Position numbers and translations under genes: made by a program. The notes beneath the pieces were generated by a model. It did no database searches. It was not told where the DNA came from and saw nothing but the letters and a program-made list of their open reading frames with translations. DNA of 64,000 nucleotides from Vulcanimicrobiota bacterium (GTDB lineage: Bacteria; Vulcanimicrobiota; Vulcanimicrobiia; Vulcanimicrobiales; Vulcanimicrobiaceae). The stretch covers positions 96,001-160,000 of the forward strand of contig CAWCIZ010000001.1 in the NCBI GenBank assembly GCA_963795855.1. Reading direction: 5' to 3'. This document shows, in pieces, positions 42,676 through 52,429 of the stretch (position 1 is the stretch's first letter; the number at the start of each line of letters is the position of its first letter).

Positions 42676-43565
42676 GATGCGGCGAGGAGGTCGCGGAAGC
42701 GTTGCGCCGCGGTGCACCGGTCGTCGCGCTCGAGACTACGATTCTTTCCCACGGCATGCCGCATCCGCAAAACGTCGAGACCGCGCTCGCCGTCGAAGCG
42801 ATCGTTCGCGAAGAAGGCTGCATTCCGGCAACCATTGCCGTCGGCGGCGGCCAGATTCGCATCGGATTGTCGCGCGAAGAAATCGAACTGCTTGCAACGG
42901 CGAAGGACGTGTTGAAAGTCAGCCGCGCCGATTTGCCGTTTGCGCTCGCAACGGGACGAGATGGTGCGACCACCGTGGCGGCGACGATGCTGTGCGCGCA
43001 TCTGGCCGGCATATCGGTTTTTGCGACCGGCGGCGTCGGCGGCGTCCACCGCGGCGTCGAACAAACGATGGACGTTTCCGCCGACGTCGAGGAACTCGCG
43101 CGAACGCCGGTTGCGGTCGTTTGCGCGGGCGCGAAGGCGCTGCTCGACCTTCCGAAGACGCTCGAGGCGTTGGAAACGCGCGGCGTACCGGTGATCGGAT
43201 TTCAAACCGACGAATTCCCCGCCTTCTGGAGCCGGCGCAGCGGGCTTCCCGTGCCGCTTCGGTTCGACGCGCCGGAAGCGATCGCGAAGTTTCTTCAGGT
43301 GAAGCGTGACCTCAGGATGGACAGCGGAACGCTCGTCGCCAATCCGATACCGCGCGCGGATGAGATTCCCGCCGAAGAGATCGGCGGCTACATCGACGAG
43401 GCGGTGCGCGACGCGGCGCGCGCGCGTGTATCGGGTAAAGCGGTGACGCCGTGGCTGCTCGACCGGCTGCTGCACCTCACCGCGGGGCGAAGTTTGGCTG
43501 CGAACGTCGCGCTCGTGAAGAACAACGCGCGCCTCGCGGCGCGCATAGCGCGTTCACCCGTGTAA
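42660..43565 (+). CDS. psuG: Pseudouridine-5'-phosphate glycosidase
   Basis: VVALETTILSHGMP, KVSRADL, ATGGVGGVHRG, DVSAD, GKAVTPWLL. Confidence 0.95.
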   Translation: MQRHLRCGEEVAEALRRGAPVVALETTILSHGMPHPQNVETALAVEAIVREEGCIPATIAVGGGQIRIGLSREEIELLATAKDVLKVSRADLPFALATGRDGATTVAATMLCAHLAGISVFATGGVGGVHRGVEQTMDVSADVEELARTPVAVVCAGAKALLDLPKTLEALETRGVPVIGFQTDEFPAFWSRRSGLPVPLRFDAPEAIAKFLQVKRDLRMDSGTLVANPIPRADEIPAEEIGGYIDEAVRDAARARVSGKAVTPWLLDRLLHLTAGRSLAANVALVKNNARLAARIARSPV

Positions 43566-43799
43566 CGCGCGCTCGATCGTCGACCAAACCATCGCGCGCG
43601 GAACGAAGACCGGCAGTTCTTCGAGCGTCAGGGTGAGCGTCTTAGCGGCTTCGTCGTACGCGTAGCGGCCCTTCATGCCGTGACTCTCTATCGTTCCGTT
43701 GTCGCCCGGCGGCAACGTGACGAACGCGGCGATCTGCGATCGCAGATTGTCGGCTCGCGCGCGGTCCACGTTCGTGTACGTCTTGCTCTCTTCAGCCAT
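43554..43799 (-). CDS. Small hypothetical protein
   Basis: 81-aa ORF overlapping the stop of the ROK gene; host-like codon usage. Confidence 0.65.
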   Translation of the reverse strand: MAEESKTYTNVDRARADNLRSQIAAFVTLPPGDNGTIESHGMKGRYAYDEAAKTLTLTLEELPVFVPRAMVWSTIERALHG

Positions 43800-44665
43800 C
43801 GTACGCGCCTTGTTCCCAAAGCATGGCCGCGCCTCGCACGCCGCTGGAATCGCCGTGCGCCGCTTTTACGATGCGCGTGGTAACGGCGTCCGAGAAAACG
43901 TAGCGCGGCAGCAGCTTCGGCACGTTTGCATACAGACGATCCAAGTTCGACAGTCCGCCGCCGAGCACGATCGCGTCGGGATCGAGAATGTTGATGACGC
44001 TTGCGAGCGCGCGAGCCAAGCGATCCTCGTACATGTCGAGCGCGGGATCGTCACCGTGTTCGGTTTTTTCACGCGCGAGCGCGGGGCCGCTCAAAAACGT
44101 TTCGATGCAGCCGCGTTTGCCGCAATAGCACTCCGGACCAGGCAGCTCTGCCGGCGTTGGCCAGGGAAGCGGATCGTGGCCCCACTCGCCGGCGATCCCG
44201 TTCGCGCCTTCGAGTACCCCGCCGCGCACCGCGACGGCACCGCCGACGCCCGTGCCGAGAATGACGCCGAAAGCGACGCGCGCCTGCGCGGCGGCGCCGT
44301 CGCGCGCTTCGGAGAGCAGGAAGCAATTCGCGTCGTTGGCCATGCGAATGGGACGGCCGATCGCACGTGCGAGATCTTCTCGCAGCGGTCTGCCGATCAG
44401 CACGGTACTGTTCGCACCAATCATAACCCCGGTCATTTTTGAAACCGAGCCGGGTGTTCCAATCCCGACCGTCGCCGTTGCGCCGGCAATCGATTCTGCG
44501 CGGCGGACGAGCGAAGCAACGCGTTCGATCGTCGCCGAGTAATCGCCCACCGGAGTCGCCACCCGCTCGCGCAACGAGTTCGGCGCGTCCGGCATCCATC
44601 ACGACGACTTCGATCTTCGTGCCGCCCACGTCCACGCCGATGCGGCGCTTCTCTGTATTACGCAT
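43792..44665 (-). CDS. ROK-family sugar kinase (fructokinase/Mak-like; frameshift near 44590)
   Basis: IGVDVGGTKIE, ANDANC, ILGTGVGG, AGEWGH, CYCGKRGCIE, HGDSSGVRGAA. Confidence 0.9.
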
Positions 44666-44733
44666 TACACTAAAAATTAAGGTGTGGTTTTGCCCCGCGC
44701 GTGGTATAAGGTGATGATTGATTCCGATAGGGA

Positions 44734-45531
44734 TTGGATTTTTTGACGCATTTCCTCGAGTTCCATCGTGCCGACGAGCGGCGCACCGGTGCGAACGCCG
44801 GTCGTTTTCTCGCAGAAGCGCTCAATGCGAACGGCATATGCGTCGCGATCGCTACGCCGCCGAGTGCGAACGCGATCGTCGGCGAGATCGCGCGCCTTGG
44901 GCTGGATCCGGTGCGGCGCATGCAAAGCGGCGAATTCGTGCTGTTCGATAGCACGGAGATGCTTTCGCGTTTCATGCGCGACGACGCTGTCGACGCCGAA
45001 CAGTTCGATCGCACGGTAGGCGCAGCAGTGCGCGCGGCGCACCGTCGCGCGGCCGGTGCTCCGCTGCATGCCTTCGGCGACATGGTCTCGGTGTTATGGG
45101 ATCGCAAGAACCGCGACGGCGCGATAGCGCTCGAACATCTGTGGTGCGCGCTGCAGCGCGAACTCGGCTTTTCGTTATTTTGCACGTACGACATCGACGT
45201 TTTCGGGCCGGACTTTGCCGACGAGTCCATCGAGGGCATTCTCCAAACGCATACCCATATGGTCGCGAGCGCCAATCCCTCGCGGCTTGCGCGAGTGCTG
45301 GAGCGCGCGATGGATGAAGTGCTCGGAGCGGACGCGATCGCGTTTCATGCGGCTCCTGTTGCAAAGAGCGGCGGCTCGCGCGCGGTCATGCCGAAACCGG
45401 AACAGCGCATTCTCTGGCTCAGAAGCAATTTGCCGGAATTTGCGGACGCCATACTCGAACGCGCGCGGCAACTGTACACGGCGGGCGGCGTAGAGCGCGT
45501 TTTTCTGCGTCAAGAACATTCGGCGAAATAG
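44734..45531 (+). CDS. Stand-alone MEDS (DcmR-like sensory) domain protein
   Basis: HFLEFH, AFGDMVSVLW, AIALEHLW, FSLFCTY; start uncertain. Confidence 0.75.
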   Translation: MDFLTHFLEFHRADERRTGANAGRFLAEALNANGICVAIATPPSANAIVGEIARLGLDPVRRMQSGEFVLFDSTEMLSRFMRDDAVDAEQFDRTVGAAVRAAHRRAAGAPLHAFGDMVSVLWDRKNRDGAIALEHLWCALQRELGFSLFCTYDIDVFGPDFADESIEGILQTHTHMVASANPSRLARVLERAMDEVLGADAIAFHAAPVAKSGGSRAVMPKPEQRILWLRSNLPEFADAILERARQLYTAGGVERVFLRQEHSAK

Positions 45532-45535
45532 ATCT

Positions 45536-45925
45536 TCAGCCCGCGGCGGCTCGCGCGAGCACTTGTCCGGCGTATGCTGCGAAAAGGCCGCCGATAACGC
45601 TCGCGGCGGCGTAGAGCGCTGCTAGTACGGCCGGGCCGTCGCCGACGAGCACCAGCGTATCGAGCGAAAAGGTCGAGAACGTCGTATAGCCGCCAAGGAC
45701 CCCGGTGGCGGCGAAGATTCTTACCATGGGCGTGACGCCGAATGCGCGCGTGGCCGCGAGTTGCGCGACGATGCCAATCAAAAAACTCCCCGTGATGTTG
45801 ATCGTCAGCGTGCCCCATGGAAAACCGGGGCCGAAGCGCTGCAAAAATGCGGAGCCCACGGCATAGCGCAAGATTGCGCCTATCGCACCGCCTATGCCGA
45901 CGGCGAGCAACGCCCTTGCGTCCAT
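45536..45925 (-). CDS. crcB: Fluoride channel FluC/CrcB
   Basis: GGAIGAILRY, FPWGTLTINITGSF, TGVLGGYTTFSTF. Confidence 0.96.
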   Translation of the reverse strand: MDARALLAVGIGGAIGAILRYAVGSAFLQRFGPGFPWGTLTINITGSFLIGIVAQLAATRAFGVTPMVRIFAATGVLGGYTTFSTFSLDTLVLVGDGPAVLAALYAAASVIGGLFAAYAGQVLARAAAG

Positions 45926-45927
45926 GC

Positions 45928-46254
45928 CTACGCGCGATCTTTCGAATGGTGCAGCAGCTCGACGGTTTCCAACGTAATGAGGCCCTCGGCGATCATTGCG
46001 CGCAGGATCGGAATGAAATCGAGCACTTTCTCTTCCGTTTCAAGGACTTCGATGAGGACCGGCAGGTTCGTCGAAAAGTCGACGACGCGCGCGGAATGTA
46101 CGGCGTGATCACGTCCGTATCCCTCGATCCCCTTGAGCACCGTCGCGCCCGAAAAACCTGCGTCGCGCAGCGCTTCGACGATCGCAGCGTACAGCGGCTT
46201 CCCTTGCACGCGCTGGTCCTCGCCGACGAATACCCGCAACAACTGCCCGGTCAT
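45928..46254 (-). CDS. DUF190 (PII-like) protein
   Basis: LLRVFVGED, GATVLKGIEGYG, NLPVLIE. Confidence 0.9.
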   Translation of the reverse strand: MTGQLLRVFVGEDQRVQGKPLYAAIVEALRDAGFSGATVLKGIEGYGRDHAVHSARVVDFSTNLPVLIEVLETEEKVLDFIPILRAMIAEGLITLETVELLHHSKDRA

Positions 46255-46607
46255 TGCGTCTGCGCCCGCGTCTTCGTCAACCGCAGATACTGCGCCGCTT
46301 CGATCGTGATTAAGCCTTCCCTAACCATCGCTCGCAGTTCGGGCAGCAGAGCATCGATGACGCCGGAGTCCTCGACCACTTCGATGACGATGGGCAGGTT
46401 CGCGACCCACGAGAAGATTTTCGCAACGTGCACCTGATGCCGGCTTCCGAAACCTTCGATGCCGCGAAAGACCGTCGCGCCTGCAACTCCGCGTTTTCGC
46501 AAAAACTCGACGACCGCCGTGTACAGCGGCTGCGTTCCCGCGCGGTCCTCTTCGTCGACGAAGATGCGCAGCAGCTTGCCATCGCGGAACCCCGCTCCCG
46601 GTTGCAC
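46251..46607 (-). CDS. DUF190 (PII-like) protein
   Basis: LLRIFVDEED, GATVFRGIEGFG, NLPIVIE. Confidence 0.9.
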   Translation of the reverse strand: MQPGAGFRDGKLLRIFVDEEDRAGTQPLYTAVVEFLRKRGVAGATVFRGIEGFGSRHQVHVAKIFSWVANLPIVIEVVEDSGVIDALLPELRAMVREGLITIEAAQYLRLTKTRAQTQ

Positions 46608-46646
46608 CGGAAGAGTATAGCATACGCCTCCCGGCGCCCGCCCGCG

Positions 46647-48566
46647 CTAGAAGCCCGAGTCGTGCAGGCGAATGATCTCGGAGACGGCGGCGCGCGGATT
46701 CATGCGGCGTATGCGTGCGGCATACGAGGCGGTGACGCCGTGATTCAGTAACCGCGTGACGTCCTGCCAACAGGTCACCACGACGCCGTTTTCGCGCAGC
46801 GAATCGATGAACGGCGCGCCGACGCCGTGGTCCGCCATGTAGATGAAGTCGTCGGATTCAGGACGGCGGGGTTGGAAATAATTCAGCGCGGCCCGAATGA
46901 GCGACAAACTCACGCCATGGTCCATCATCTGCGCCGTATCGTAGGGCGACACGCCGGTCAAGCCGGTCAGACTGAGCATGCCGATGTAGGAAGGGCCGAC
47001 GCCGCGATCCGCCAGCACCGTGAGATCGTGGGCGGTGACGTGCCCGTAATATGAAGCGGCGGCGAGAATCAGATCGTGGGTTACGCGGTGATCGCGTAGT
47101 GCTATCAACTCACTCGGCGGCACGTGCCGCATACCGGTGGCTTGGAGCGCGTTCACCAAGTCGGTGTTGTTGCTGTCGTTGGCGCCGACGTGCGCTTGCA
47201 TTGCCGACGTCGACGTGGTATCGGTGTCCCGATAGGTGTACGCATAAGCTACCTGTGCCGTCCCGGTGGCGATCGCTTCGTAGCGCGCGCGAGGCGCGAT
47301 CTGCGCGACCATGCGATGCCGCGTCACGGTCTTGCGATGGATTGCGTAGCGAACGGCCACGCGTTTAATGGTCGGCGCGCGATGCAGCGCAGGCGCCGCA
47401 TTACGCGCAACGACGCGCTTATGCGGTGCGGGCGACTTCGAGTGATGCACGTAATGCGTGCGATGCGCGTACTGCATATGATGGAACAGCGCAGTGGGCG
47501 TCACCGTCGCTTCTGCGATGACCGGAACTTGCACGCGCAGCACGACAAGGGACGCGACAAGCAGCGACGTTGCGGCGACGGCCGCGAAACGGCGATTCGT
47601 CGTCATCGAATGGCTCGCGGCGGAGTCGAGCAGCACTTCCAAGCGATGCAGCAAATGCTTGCGTTTGAAGAGCAGATTCGGAACCGGCGCGCCGCGGCCT
47701 TGCGCCCATTGCGCCAAACCGGTAAGCGTCATCGCATAGGAGATGCGATCGCCCGTGGCATTGATTGCCGCGTCGTCGCAGATTTGCTCGCGATAGAGCG
47801 CGAGTTCGCTCAGTGCGATGCGAACTCCGGGAGAGAAGAAGCCGATGGCTCCGATGAAGCGCTGAAAGACGTTTTGCACGTCGTCGAAGCGCCGAACGTG
47901 TTCGCGCTCGTGGAGAACGACGCTGGTGAGTTCCCCCTCCTTGCCGCTCAGCAGCGCATTGGGTAAGACGATCAGCGCGGGCGAAAAACCTAAGACGCAC
48001 GGCGACGAAAAGTCGTCGGACGCGGCGAAACGGAACGGTCGCGAGATCCTGCCGGCGAGCGCGAGCGGCGGATCGATCGGTCGAACTCGGCCGCGCGCGA
48101 CAAGCATGCGAATGATGTCGCGAACGAGCACGGCGACGCGTGCCAGCGCAGCCGCTGACAGTACGAGCAGGATGAGCCACGCATAACGGAAGACGGCGCG
48201 GAGCGCGGCGGAAGTCCACTCTCGTCCCCGCGCGAAAGGACTGGTCGCCGCTGGACCCGGCAGCGGCATATGCGTGAGCGCGATATTCGCCGCAGTTGCC
48301 GCAGGCGGCAGCGCGTGATTCGCGGGCATTGCTTGCAACGCATGAGGCATCGGCGAGACGACGTGCACCACGAACGGTTTGGGTGCAAACGTGTAATTCA
48401 GGACGGGCAGCACGACGACGATCGTGAGCAGCGCACTCCAGACGGTAAACATCGTGGTCGCATTCGGGCGCCTGAAAAAACGGAATGCGAAAAACGCGAG
48501 GGCGCATAAGACGACGCCCTGCCAGGCACCGTTGAACAGTGCCGCGAGAAGAAGGCCGGCGTTCAC
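46647..48566 (-). CDS. BlaR1-type M56 peptidase with C-terminal DHGV repeats
   Basis: TM helices, SPCVLG, VVLHEREHVRRFD, REQICDD; repeated C-terminal units. Confidence 0.88.
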   Translation of the reverse strand: MNAGLLLAALFNGAWQGVVLCALAFFAFRFFRRPNATTMFTVWSALLTIVVVLPVLNYTFAPKPFVVHVVSPMPHALQAMPANHALPPAATAANIALTHMPLPGPAATSPFARGREWTSAALRAVFRYAWLILLVLSAAALARVAVLVRDIIRMLVARGRVRPIDPPLALAGRISRPFRFAASDDFSSPCVLGFSPALIVLPNALLSGKEGELTSVVLHEREHVRRFDDVQNVFQRFIGAIGFFSPGVRIALSELALYREQICDDAAINATGDRISYAMTLTGLAQWAQGRGAPVPNLLFKRKHLLHRLEVLLDSAASHSMTTNRRFAAVAATSLLVASLVVLRVQVPVIAEATVTPTALFHHMQYAHRTHYVHHSKSPAPHKRVVARNAAPALHRAPTIKRVAVRYAIHRKTVTRHRMVAQIAPRARYEAIATGTAQVAYAYTYRDTDTTSTSAMQAHVGANDSNNTDLVNALQATGMRHVPPSELIALRDHRVTHDLILAAASYYGHVTAHDLTVLADRGVGPSYIGMLSLTGLTGVSPYDTAQMMDHGVSLSLIRAALNYFQPRRPESDDFIYMADHGVGAPFIDSLRENGVVVTCWQDVTRLLNHGVTASYAARIRRMNPRAAVSEIIRLHDSGF

Positions 48567-48952
48567 GTCGGGTGCTCCTGTTCCGCGATCAACCTGCGGA
48601 TCCGCGCGAGCTCCTCGGGCGAAACGTCCTCGCTTTGCAGCAAATTCAACGCGAGCGCGCCCGGCGAACCGAAGAAGCGGCGTACGACGTTTTGAACGGC
48701 TTTACGCGAGGCGGTCGCGCGATCGACGATCGGAAAATAGCGGAACGCGCGTCCCTCTTCAGTGTGGCGGACGTAGCCTTTTTGCTCGAGGATACGCAGC
48801 ATGGTCTGCACGGTGTTGAACGCGAGCTGCTTTTGCGATTCGATCGCGGCGAGCACTTCGCTCACGGTGCCGCTTCCCGCGGACCAAAGCACCTCCATAA
48901 GGCGTTGCTCGACCTCGGTCAAACCTTCGGATTTAGGACGTGGCACCGGCAC
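48563..48952 (-). CDS. BlaI/MecI/CopY-family repressor
   Basis: LTEVEQRLMEVLW, TVQTMLRILEQKGYV, GRAFRY. Confidence 0.93.
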   Translation of the reverse strand: MPVPRPKSEGLTEVEQRLMEVLWSAGSGTVSEVLAAIESQKQLAFNTVQTMLRILEQKGYVRHTEEGRAFRYFPIVDRATASRKAVQNVVRRFFGSPGALALNLLQSEDVSPEELARIRRLIAEQEHPT

Positions 48953-48965
48953 CTCCGCGTGCGTA

Positions 48966-48981
48966 ACCTAAAATTTTAGGT
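48966..48981. promoter_or_regulatory. Perfect palindrome, candidate BlaI-family operator
   Basis: ACCTAAAATTTTAGGT, 13 nt upstream of the repressor start. Confidence 0.75.
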
Positions 48982-49155
48982 GAATCATACACCCGGTCCG
49001 TTAGGCTGTCTAGTATGCTCGTGAATCGGCATAATTCAGCGGGCGAGCGGCCGTTCGTTCGCGCATCGGTGGGCGTAAATACTCAAGGGCGAGCGTGCGT
49101 TTTCTCCAAAGCTCGCATCCGCGGCACTCTCGTGTGCTTCGCTTAAGGAGACGTT

Positions 49156-49656
49156 ATGAAGTTTCGTTCTTTTCCCGCACTAGCGCTTGTCGTGCTCTGC
49201 GCAATGGCAACCGCGTCGGCGGCATTGCTTCCGGGTTACACGGCAGCCGATCAGAAGATGTTCGACAAACTTTCCGCGCAGGTCGGAACGTGGCATTGCG
49301 TGGATACGCCTGCGAGCAAAAAACCCGACGTCGCGATCACAAAGCTTCAGGGGTCGTACTATGTGACGCGCGAAACCGGCGATTTTCCGAGCACTACGTA
49401 TATGCGCTGGAGTCATACGTTCCAACGCTATCTTGCGAATTCCGTCGCAGACGGCGGCGCGATGAGCGTCATGCAAACGATGTCGAAGGACCCGAACAAC
49501 GCGACGTGGACGTACGCATATCCCACGAGTTTGCCCAAGGGAAACCTGTTCCCGGCCAAGACCTCGATGTCCGGAAACACCACGACGACGACGCAGGCGT
49601 TCCGGGATAACAAAGGCAAGGTAATGATGTCGAAGTCGGTGTGCACGAAACAGTAA
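49156..49656 (+). CDS. Hypothetical secreted protein
   Basis: AAGGAG RBS, signal peptide, VGTWHC beta-barrel-like start, terminal Cys. Confidence 0.75.
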   Translation: MKFRSFPALALVVLCAMATASAALLPGYTAADQKMFDKLSAQVGTWHCVDTPASKKPDVAITKLQGSYYVTRETGDFPSTTYMRWSHTFQRYLANSVADGGAMSVMQTMSKDPNNATWTYAYPTSLPKGNLFPAKTSMSGNTTTTTQAFRDNKGKVMMSKSVCTKQ

Positions 49657-49677
49657 AACCGCGTTCGGGAGGCGGGC

Positions 49678-50485
49678 ATGGTTTTGTACCACGTACCATC
49701 GCCGCTGCTGCTCGCAGCGGCGATCGTGTTCGGCGTCGCATTGGTGTGCGGCGCGCAACTGGCCATCCATGCACGCTATCGGGCGACGGATTGGGAAGAG
49801 CATAATCAGGTCGGCGGTTTCATCATCGCCATTGCCGGCACGCTCTACGCGGTGGTGCTCGGATTTCTCACCGTCGTCGTGTGGCAACAATACGAATCGG
49901 CCGCCGATCGCGTTTCGACGGAGGCTGCGGCAGTTTCCGACGCGTGGCATTCCGCCGTCGGATTTCCACCTGCTCTGCGTTCGAGGCTGCGCCGCGACAT
50001 GTCAGCGTATGCGAACGATATGGTCCGCAACGAGTGGCCGATGATGCAGGATGGGCGCTTCAGCATTGAAGGCGATCGGCTCATCATGGAAATGACCAGC
50101 CTTTACGGGTACGTACGTGCCCCGAAACGCCGCGCAATCTACCGCGCAAACGGCCACGATGCAATCGCTGGTGCAGCTGCATGACGAGCGCTTACGCCGC
50201 TTAGCCTCGAACGAACCGGCGATGTCGTGGATGGAGTGGGTGATGCTCGCCATCGGCGCGATCGTCGTCGTCGGGTTCTGCATGCTCTTCGGAATGCGAA
50301 ATATTCGGACCCACCTCGTCATGACTTCGGCGGTCGCGGTCCTCATCGTTACGATGATCGTGATGATCTTCGAATTGCAGTGTCCATTCCGCGGCGACAT
50401 GGGTATATCGCCCGCAGCATGGACGGGACTGCTGCAGCACATCCGCTACATGGATACGATGTCCCCGATGAACATGCGGATGTAA
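49678..50485 (+). CDS. DUF4239/bestrophin-like membrane protein (frameshift near 50105)
   Basis: GTLYAVVLGF..VVVW, VRNEWPMM, ELQCPFRG. Confidence 0.75.
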
Positions 50486-50559
50486 ATCCGCCGCAAGCAT
50501 GCGCCGTGCTGCCGGCCCGGCGGCCGGCTGAATTCTCTACTTTTGAAAGGAGCTAGTAC

Positions 50560-50883
50560 ATGTTCGACAACCTGAAAAATATGGTGGAGCAAGCCGCCTC
50601 GGGCGCTCTCGATTCGCAAAGCGTTGGCGGGGCGGCGAACGATCATGTGAACTCCATGGACAATAACGAACTGGCCGGACACGTTGAAACGGCCGCAAAC
50701 AATTTGCAGCAGAACGGTCAGAACGATTTAGCGCAGCAAGCGATGGGACTGGTCTCGCAATTGCGGTCGAACCCGAGCGGCGCAAAGGATGCAGTCGTGT
50801 CGTTCATTCAAAATAATCCGCAAGTGTTGCAGCATTTCGCACCGAACTTTGCGCAAGGCATACTCTCGAAGGTGGGGTTGTAA
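50560..50883 (+). CDS. Small N/Q-rich hypothetical protein
   Basis: AAGGAG RBS, 107 aa. Confidence 0.75.
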   Translation: MFDNLKNMVEQAASGALDSQSVGGAANDHVNSMDNNELAGHVETAANNLQQNGQNDLAQQAMGLVSQLRSNPSGAKDAVVSFIQNNPQVLQHFAPNFAQGILSKVGL

Positions 50884-50884
50884 C

Positions 50885-51532
50885 ATGATGTATCCTCGAA
50901 CGACGATTCGCGGAACCGCCGCGGTTGCCGCCGCATTGTTTGCTCTCGCGCTCAGCGCGTGCGGACATCGCTCCGACGTGACGACGCGCAGCGCGCAGTC
51001 ACCCGGTGCACCGGGCGGCGGTGGAACGCAAGTCGTTGCCGCCGGCACGGACTACTACGGTAAGTTGGATCACGCGATCGGCACGAAGATCAGCCATGAC
51101 GGCGACACGTTCGCGCTCGCGCAGACCGATACGTTCTTTCATAAAAATCCGGCTCTTCACGGCGCGGTCATCGACGGTCACGTCGAGGACGTCCGCGCAG
51201 CTGGACCGATGCGCAACCCTGCGATGACGCTGGTATTCGACGATATTCGCATGCCTGACGGAACGAAAGCGTCGGCGGACGTACATTTGGTGTCGATGAA
51301 GCAGTTCGAACCGAGGTCGCATCGTCTGCGGACAATCGGTTTGATGATCGGCGGCGCCGTCGCCGGACACGAAGTCGCCAAACGCACCGGCAAGAAGCAC
51401 GGCGGTCTCATCGGCGCGGCCGGCGGCTATGCGCTTTCGCAGACCTTGAAGACCGATATTACGGTTCCGGCGGGGACGGTTATTGAGGTAAAATTCGCAC
51501 AGCCGGCGACGACCAACGCAGGCGGTACGTAG
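50885..51532 (+). CDS. Lipoprotein with glycine-zipper segment
   Basis: LSAC lipobox; IGGAVAG..GGLIGAAGG; ITVPAGT. Confidence 0.72.
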   Translation: MMYPRTTIRGTAAVAAALFALALSACGHRSDVTTRSAQSPGAPGGGGTQVVAAGTDYYGKLDHAIGTKISHDGDTFALAQTDTFFHKNPALHGAVIDGHVEDVRAAGPMRNPAMTLVFDDIRMPDGTKASADVHLVSMKQFEPRSHRLRTIGLMIGGAVAGHEVAKRTGKKHGGLIGAAGGYALSQTLKTDITVPAGTVIEVKFAQPATTNAGGT

Positions 51533-51583
51533 CGGCGCAACATCGAACCGTAGCTGACGCAATCGTTTATGGAGGTGCGTTCT

Positions 51584-51829
51584 ATGAGCTGGAAAGGCTA
51601 TGCATTTTGCTTGGTCATGGCGCTGATTGCGGTGGTCTCCGCTTTGCGCCCGGTGTCCGTCGCCCACGCCGCAACGGTTCCGACGTATCATCTGTTGTCT
51701 GCCGACATCAACAACCTCGAAGGCGTGCTCAATGATGCAGCGCAGCACGGCTGGACGTATCGCGGCTCGTTCTGCCGGCCCGAAGGCACGAATGCGCCTT
51801 GCGAAGTGGTTATCGTTTTAGGGAAGTAG
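51584..51829 (+). CDS. Small secreted hypothetical protein
   Basis: GGAGG RBS, signal peptide ending AHA, Cys pair. Confidence 0.6.
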   Translation: MSWKGYAFCLVMALIAVVSALRPVSVAHAATVPTYHLLSADINNLEGVLNDAAQHGWTYRGSFCRPEGTNAPCEVVIVLGK

Positions 51830-52286
51830 GCTGAGCGGCGTGCGGTTTACCTGACGATGAGCGGAAACGCTCGACGCTGCAAGGCGGCGCGGGATCTCCC
51901 GGGTAAGCAAAGACGTACTGCACGTTAGTGATGTCGTGCGTGACAACTGCTGCGCGCGAAAAATATTGCGGTTCCTCGTCCGGCGGCATGATGATTATTT
52001 CTTTGGAAGTCTTTACGATCCGGGATTCTTCGGGGAAGTCTTCGTCGACTCGTCTACCGGGGTCGTGAACGTGAAAGAGATGAATGACGTACGTTCGCGT
52101 GCCGGTCGTACTTGCGACTTCGGTGCAGGAAGGCCCGATGTAGGCGAACCGTCTCCACGCCTCGCTCCCGTGCGCGCTCGCGGCCGTTGGTTTCGGACGA
52201 GTTGAAGATGTTTGCTGATAGTTTCTGCTGGTCTGATTTGGGCAACCGCTTAGGAGAACCACTAGCACTAGAGCCGCGCAACGCAC
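51810..52286 (-). CDS. Hypothetical lipoprotein
   Basis: LVVLLSGC lipobox, GAGG RBS. Confidence 0.55.
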   Translation of the reverse strand: MRCAALVLVVLLSGCPNQTSRNYQQTSSTRPKPTAASAHGSEAWRRFAYIGPSCTEVASTTGTRTYVIHLFHVHDPGRRVDEDFPEESRIVKTSKEIIIMPPDEEPQYFSRAAVVTHDITNVQYVFAYPGDPAPPCSVERFRSSSGKPHAAQPTSLKR

Positions 52287-52429
52287 CTCTCGATGATATC
52301 ACGCAACGGTGACCATAAAATTGAATCGCCCGAGCGGACTCGGGCTCGATTCCTGTACAATCGAGTGACTTGCGCAGGGAGCACGCGTTGACCGAGTGCA
52401 ATAGGAACGTACGTTATGGAGGATCGCAC

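Noticed and set aside
46608..46650. Fluoride riboswitch upstream of the crcB operon
   Set aside because: No recognisable consensus and the spacer is too short
52404..52417. GAAC-GTAC-GTTA as an SOS box upstream of the serine hydrolase
   Set aside because: Mismatch in the core and no supporting context
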